Source of the DNA: a virus
DNA length: 47,311 nucleotides
UHGV virus genome: UHGV-1541059
Direction: 5' to 3' (one strand)
The stretch's first letter is position 1, and the number at the start of each line of letters is the position of its first letter. The notes beneath the pieces were generated by a model. That model did no database searches, was not told where the DNA came from, and worked only from the letters and a program-made list of their open reading frames with translations. Below, one piece after another: positions 43,821 through 47,311 of this stretch. The position numbers and the translations under genes are program-made.

Positions 43821-43949
43821 CTCACACCTCCGCGCCATTTTGTTAACTGTGCTTCCGTTTGAGTAAAATATACATATTGTATAAACCGTGATCAATCCAT
43901 TATGGTATGATTTAGCGTGACGCAGATCACAAAATCAGAAGGTGAGAAA

Positions 43950-44654
43950 ATGCGCAATATACCTACAGAGATGATTATTGATTCCGTGGACGCTGGTGTG
44001 GGCGCGGTGATTGACTTGTTCGAACTGGACTTGTCGCCCCTGGGTGGCGAGGTTATCCGCTTCCATTCCGGAGCGAATGGCTATTACGGCCCGGTTATCT
44101 GGAAGGGCTTAACTTACAACAGCTACCCGATCGAGGCTACTGGCTTCGAAATGAAAAACGAGGGCGTTTATTCGCGGCCTCAAATGGTTGTAGCCAATAT
44201 CGGCGGGCTAATCACAGGGATGAATAACGACTTCAACGACCTGCGAGGAATGAAGGTTACGCGCCGCCAGGTGGAAGTAAAATACCTGGACGCCGTTAAC
44301 TTCCCAAACGGCAATCCAGATGCAGATCCATCTATTGAGGCTGTATCTTTTTACGTCGTGGAGGCCATGAGCGAGGAAACAGCGGATCAGGTGCAATATG
44401 AACTGTCAACACCAATTGATGCTGACAAGGCCGTTATCCCTGGGCGCACCATCCTTGCTGACGTTTGTCAGTGGCAATACAGAGGCGACGGATGTATGTA
44501 CTCTGGCGGACCAGTGGCAAACGATAAAGACGAGCCGACAAGCGATCCTAAAGCCGACAGATGCAGCCACCGTCTAAGCGGTTGTCGTTTGCGTTTCCCG
44601 CGTCCAAATCCGTTACCGATTTCCTGTTTCCCTGGTTCCAGCAAGGTAGGTTAA
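43950..44654 (+). CDS. L: Minor tail protein L
   Basis: ...RRQVEVKYLDAVNFPNGNPDADP... and C-terminal Cys cluster (CQWQYRGDGCMYSG...CSHRLSGC) match lambda gpL; AGGTGAG RBS (track GTG 43917). Confidence 0.8.
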   Translation: MRNIPTEMIIDSVDAGVGAVIDLFELDLSPLGGEVIRFHSGANGYYGPVIWKGLTYNSYPIEATGFEMKNEGVYSRPQMVVANIGGLITGMNNDFNDLRGMKVTRRQVEVKYLDAVNFPNGNPDADPSIEAVSFYVVEAMSEETADQVQYELSTPIDADKAVIPGRTILADVCQWQYRGDGCMYSGGPVANDKDEPTSDPKADRCSHRLSGCRLRFPRPNPLPISCFPGSSKVG

Positions 44655-44656
44655 TC

Positions 44657-45388
44657 ATGGTAATGGAAGACAAAATGTTGCGTTATGCCGCCGCGCATCC
44701 GTTTGAAGAAGTTTGCGGACTGGTAATAGATAACGAATATTTTTACCCGTGCGCTAACGCGTCTGAAACACCCTACAACAGCTTCAAAATTTCGCCGGAC
44801 GATTACATCAAAGCTGACGAATTGGGCGTTATAACCGCCGTTTTCCACTCTCACGTTGATGATATTCCGGTATTGTCGGCACGGGATCGACAACAGCAAG
44901 TTATTTCAGGGCTACCCTGGCTTTTGTATTCAGGCGGTAGGATCAGGAAATTCCGTCCGGTAGCGCACCTGTTAGGCCGTAAATTCGTACACGGAACGAC
45001 AGATTGTTACGCGCTTTTCCGCGACGCATATCACCTTTGCGGCGTGGATCTTCCTGACTTCGAGCGTCTTGATGGGTGGTGGTTGCGTGGTGAAAACCTG
45101 TATTTAAAAAACTTGCCTCTAAACGGGTTTTTCCAGGTTGACGCTAAAAGCATACAGCCTGGAGATGTAATTATCCGGCAGCCGTTTAAAGGCGCGGACC
45201 CATGCCACGCGATGATTTACCTGGGCGATAACACTGTTTTGCATCATGACAATGCCGGACTGCTAAGCCGCCGCGAGCAAATGCGGCCCGCTTATGTTCG
45301 ACAAACGCATTCAATATGGAGATCTGATAAATGCTCAAATTTAGATTTACGGGCAATCTTCGAAGATATTACAGCAAAGTGTGTTTAA
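44657..45388 (+). CDS. K: Tail assembly protein K (MPN/JAB plus NlpC/P60-like)
   Basis: HSHVDD JAMM-like motif, then Cys/His region TDCYALFRDAYH...HAMIY; lambda K position. Confidence 0.75.
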   Translation: MVMEDKMLRYAAAHPFEEVCGLVIDNEYFYPCANASETPYNSFKISPDDYIKADELGVITAVFHSHVDDIPVLSARDRQQQVISGLPWLLYSGGRIRKFRPVAHLLGRKFVHGTTDCYALFRDAYHLCGVDLPDFERLDGWWLRGENLYLKNLPLNGFFQVDAKSIQPGDVIIRQPFKGADPCHAMIYLGDNTVLHHDNAGLLSRREQMRPAYVRQTHSIWRSDKCSNLDLRAIFEDITAKCV

Positions 45389-45861
45389 ACGTTGAAACGC
45401 CAGCGCAAGGACTTCGCTTGTTGACCGCGCAGAATCAGGAATTCAAGAAGGCGTTTTTAAATACACCTTTGCGTTTACGAATTTCCGGGAAAGATTACGA
45501 CGAAAAGACCGCGCCCGCTGCGGTTAATAGCAAATATCCAGATGGGACTACGGTAATTATTGCGCCAATAGTGGAAGGTGGTATTGCAGGGATCGGTGTG
45601 GTCGGTTGGATTATGATCGGAATATCAGTTGTTAGTGTCGCATTTTCTATTTTCATGTCTCGCAACATGAAGGTGAAAACATCATCAGAAAGCGCACAGG
45701 ATAACACCATAACAAACAACAGTTACACCAGCATAGAAAACAGGGTGGGCCAGGGTAGACCAGTGCCAATTTTATTGGGTGAAATGAAAGTAGGTTCAAA
45801 CGTCGGATCGTTAGGCATAGACACAACCAACAATAAAGACGCCTTAGACGTTGTAAGTTAA
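45331..45861 (+). CDS. I: Tail assembly protein I
   Basis: Central hydrophobic Gly-rich segment; C-terminal PVPILLGEMKVGSNV resembles lambda gpI VLPVLYGEMRVGSRV. Confidence 0.7.
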   Translation: MLKFRFTGNLRRYYSKVCLNVETPAQGLRLLTAQNQEFKKAFLNTPLRLRISGKDYDEKTAPAAVNSKYPDGTTVIIAPIVEGGIAGIGVVGWIMIGISVVSVAFSIFMSRNMKVKTSSESAQDNTITNNSYTSIENRVGQGRPVPILLGEMKVGSNVGSLGIDTTNNKDALDVVS

Positions 45862-45875
45862 CAGGAGAAAAAGCC

Positions 45876-47311
45876 ATGAGTAGCGGCGGCGGCAAAGCAA
45901 AAACACCAACATTGATAAATGATAACCTGTATCACAAACAATTTTATCGTGTACTGGATATTATTTCTGAAGGTCCGATTTATGGCCCTGTCAATACAAA
46001 AGCGCCATTAAACAGCGTAATGCTTAATGACACCCCTGTAACTGACGCGAACGGCAATACCAGCATCCCCGGTATTAGCGTAGCGTGGCGCAATGGTACG
46101 ATAGATCAATCACCGATTAACGGTTTTAACGCCATTGAATCAACCGTTATTGTTAACGCACAGGTTAAACACGATACACCAATAATCAGGACCGTTTCCG
46201 ATCCTAACGTAAACCGCGTTCGCCTGAATATCGGCGTCGATTCACTTGTACAATCTGACGAGCAAAGCAATCAACATAACACATCGGTTATGATGATGAT
46301 TGACGTGAAGCCTTCGTCTTCTTCTACGTGGACGCTTGTTAAAGACGTCACTATAGGCCCAGGTAAGATCAGCGGAGAATATCTTGAAGCGCATATTATC
46401 AACGCGCCGGATGAAAAACCGTTTGATATTCGCGTTCGCCGCGTAACGGCTGATAGCACAAGCGATCTGTTGCAGAATGATACGCGATGGAGTAGCTACA
46501 GCGAAATAATCGACGATAATTTGTCTTATCCTCACACCGCTGTAGCTGGCGCGGTAATTGACCATGATCAGTACGCTGACACGCCTACCCGCACCTATCA
46601 CCTGCGCGGGCTGATCGTTGATGTTCCTGATAACTACGACCCGGAAAAGCGGACTTATTCCGGTTTGTGGCTTGGTGGTTTCAAGCAGGCGTACACCAAT
46701 AACCCAGCATGGATCTTTCGCTATCTTGTTAAAAACGAGCGTTTCGGCCTTGCTCGTCACGCTGGCTATATTGACGTTGACGACGGCGCATTATATACGC
46801 TTTCTCAATACTGCGACCAGTTGGTTGATGATGGCTACGGCGGCCTTGAGCCTCGCATGACGCTTAACGCTTACATCACAGAGCAAATGAGCGCCCGCGA
46901 CTTACTGGACAATATCGCCGGGATGTTCAGGGGTATCGCGTTATGGGACGGGCAACGCCTTACCGTGATGATTGATGCACCACAAGACCCGATCGCCACC
47001 ATTACAAATGCAAACGTCGTTGATGGCGCGTTTACTCGTTCAAGTATCGCCCGCGCAGAATGCTACAACGCCGTGATCGTATCATGGACTGACCCGGAAA
47101 ACGGATGGGAGCAATCAAAAGAGTATGTAGCAGACGATGAACTGATCGCCCGTGATGGTTACAACGAAACCACGTTAGAGGCGTTCGGGTGCACATCACG
47201 CGGGCAAGCATACCGCGCGGGCAAGTGGCTGATAGAAACAGCAAAACGCGAGCCGTCAAAATTCACGTTTAAAATGGCGCGTGACGCGATTCACTTTACG
47301 CCAGGGGATAT
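45876..47311 (+). CDS. J: Host specificity protein J (central tail fibre), 5' partial; runs off window end
   Basis: AGGAG RBS; ISEGPIYGPV, HDTPIIRTV, TYHLRGLIVDVPDNYDP, LEAFGCTSRGQAYRAGKWLIET match lambda gpJ N-terminal region as recalled. Confidence 0.85.
   Translation, partial: MSSGGGKAKTPTLINDNLYHKQFYRVLDIISEGPIYGPVNTKAPLNSVMLNDTPVTDANGNTSIPGISVAWRNGTIDQSPINGFNAIESTVIVNAQVKHDTPIIRTVSDPNVNRVRLNIGVDSLVQSDEQSNQHNTSVMMMIDVKPSSSSTWTLVKDVTIGPGKISGEYLEAHIINAPDEKPFDIRVRRVTADSTSDLLQNDTRWSSYSEIIDDNLSYPHTAVAGAVIDHDQYADTPTRTYHLRGLIVDVPDNYDPEKRTYSGLWLGGFKQAYTNNPAWIFRYLVKNERFGLARHAGYIDVDDGALYTLSQYCDQLVDDGYGGLEPRMTLNAYITEQMSARDLLDNIAGMFRGIALWDGQRLTVMIDAPQDPIATITNANVVDGAFTRSSIARAECYNAVIVSWTDPENGWEQSKEYVADDELIARDGYNETTLEAFGCTSRGQAYRAGKWLIETAKREPSKFTFKMARDAIHFTPGD

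Noticed and set aside
46242-46760. 172-aa minus-strand ORF
   Set aside because: Lies entirely inside the well-supported J-like gene on the opposite strand; no RBS and no recognisable features.
1-47311. CRISPR arrays, transposases or IS elements
   Set aside because: No regularly spaced direct repeats and no transposase-like ORF were seen; the only mobile-element hallmark is the phage integrase.

Overview
This 47.3-kb window appears to be an almost complete lambdoid siphovirus prophage of Enterobacteriaceae type, starting at an integrase-proximal attachment region and running off the end inside the lambda J-like central tail fibre gene. All calls rest on reading the ORF translations and the DNA by eye; no database search was run, and hand-derived coordinates may be off by 1-3 nt. 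Layout: P4-type tyrosine integrase (255-1454, +) and a convergent Xis-like gene; a leftward replication arm on the minus strand (HTH protein, replisome organizer, HTH-metallophosphoesterase, DnaB-like helicase, NinB); a CI-like repressor (8504-9151) followed on the plus strand by a terminator, a strong sigma70 promoter, a nutL-like element, a P22 gene-24-like N antiterminator, Erf, SSB, about 3.4 kb of small unknown genes, Dam and C5-methyltransferase-like genes, NinF/NinG/RusA and a lambda-type Q. A 5.6-kb block of roughly 23 small genes, including a tandem paralog array, separates Q from a tR'-like terminator and the lysis cassette (pinholin, SAR endolysin, Rz with embedded Rz1). Then come an HExxH protein, terminase, portal, head genes, major tail, tape measure and lambda-like M, L, K, I, J. 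The most unusual features are (i) a gap-free array of 12 mini-genes encoding 22-47 aa hydrophobic peptides just upstream of terS, (ii) three reverse-oriented small-gene cassettes inserted in the tail module, and (iii) a 13-bp motif GTWTACAAAATGG recurring at least 12 times at transcription-unit boundaries, including directly upstream of the pL -35 and of all three tail cassettes. No tRNA, rRNA, CRISPR array or transposase was recognised.
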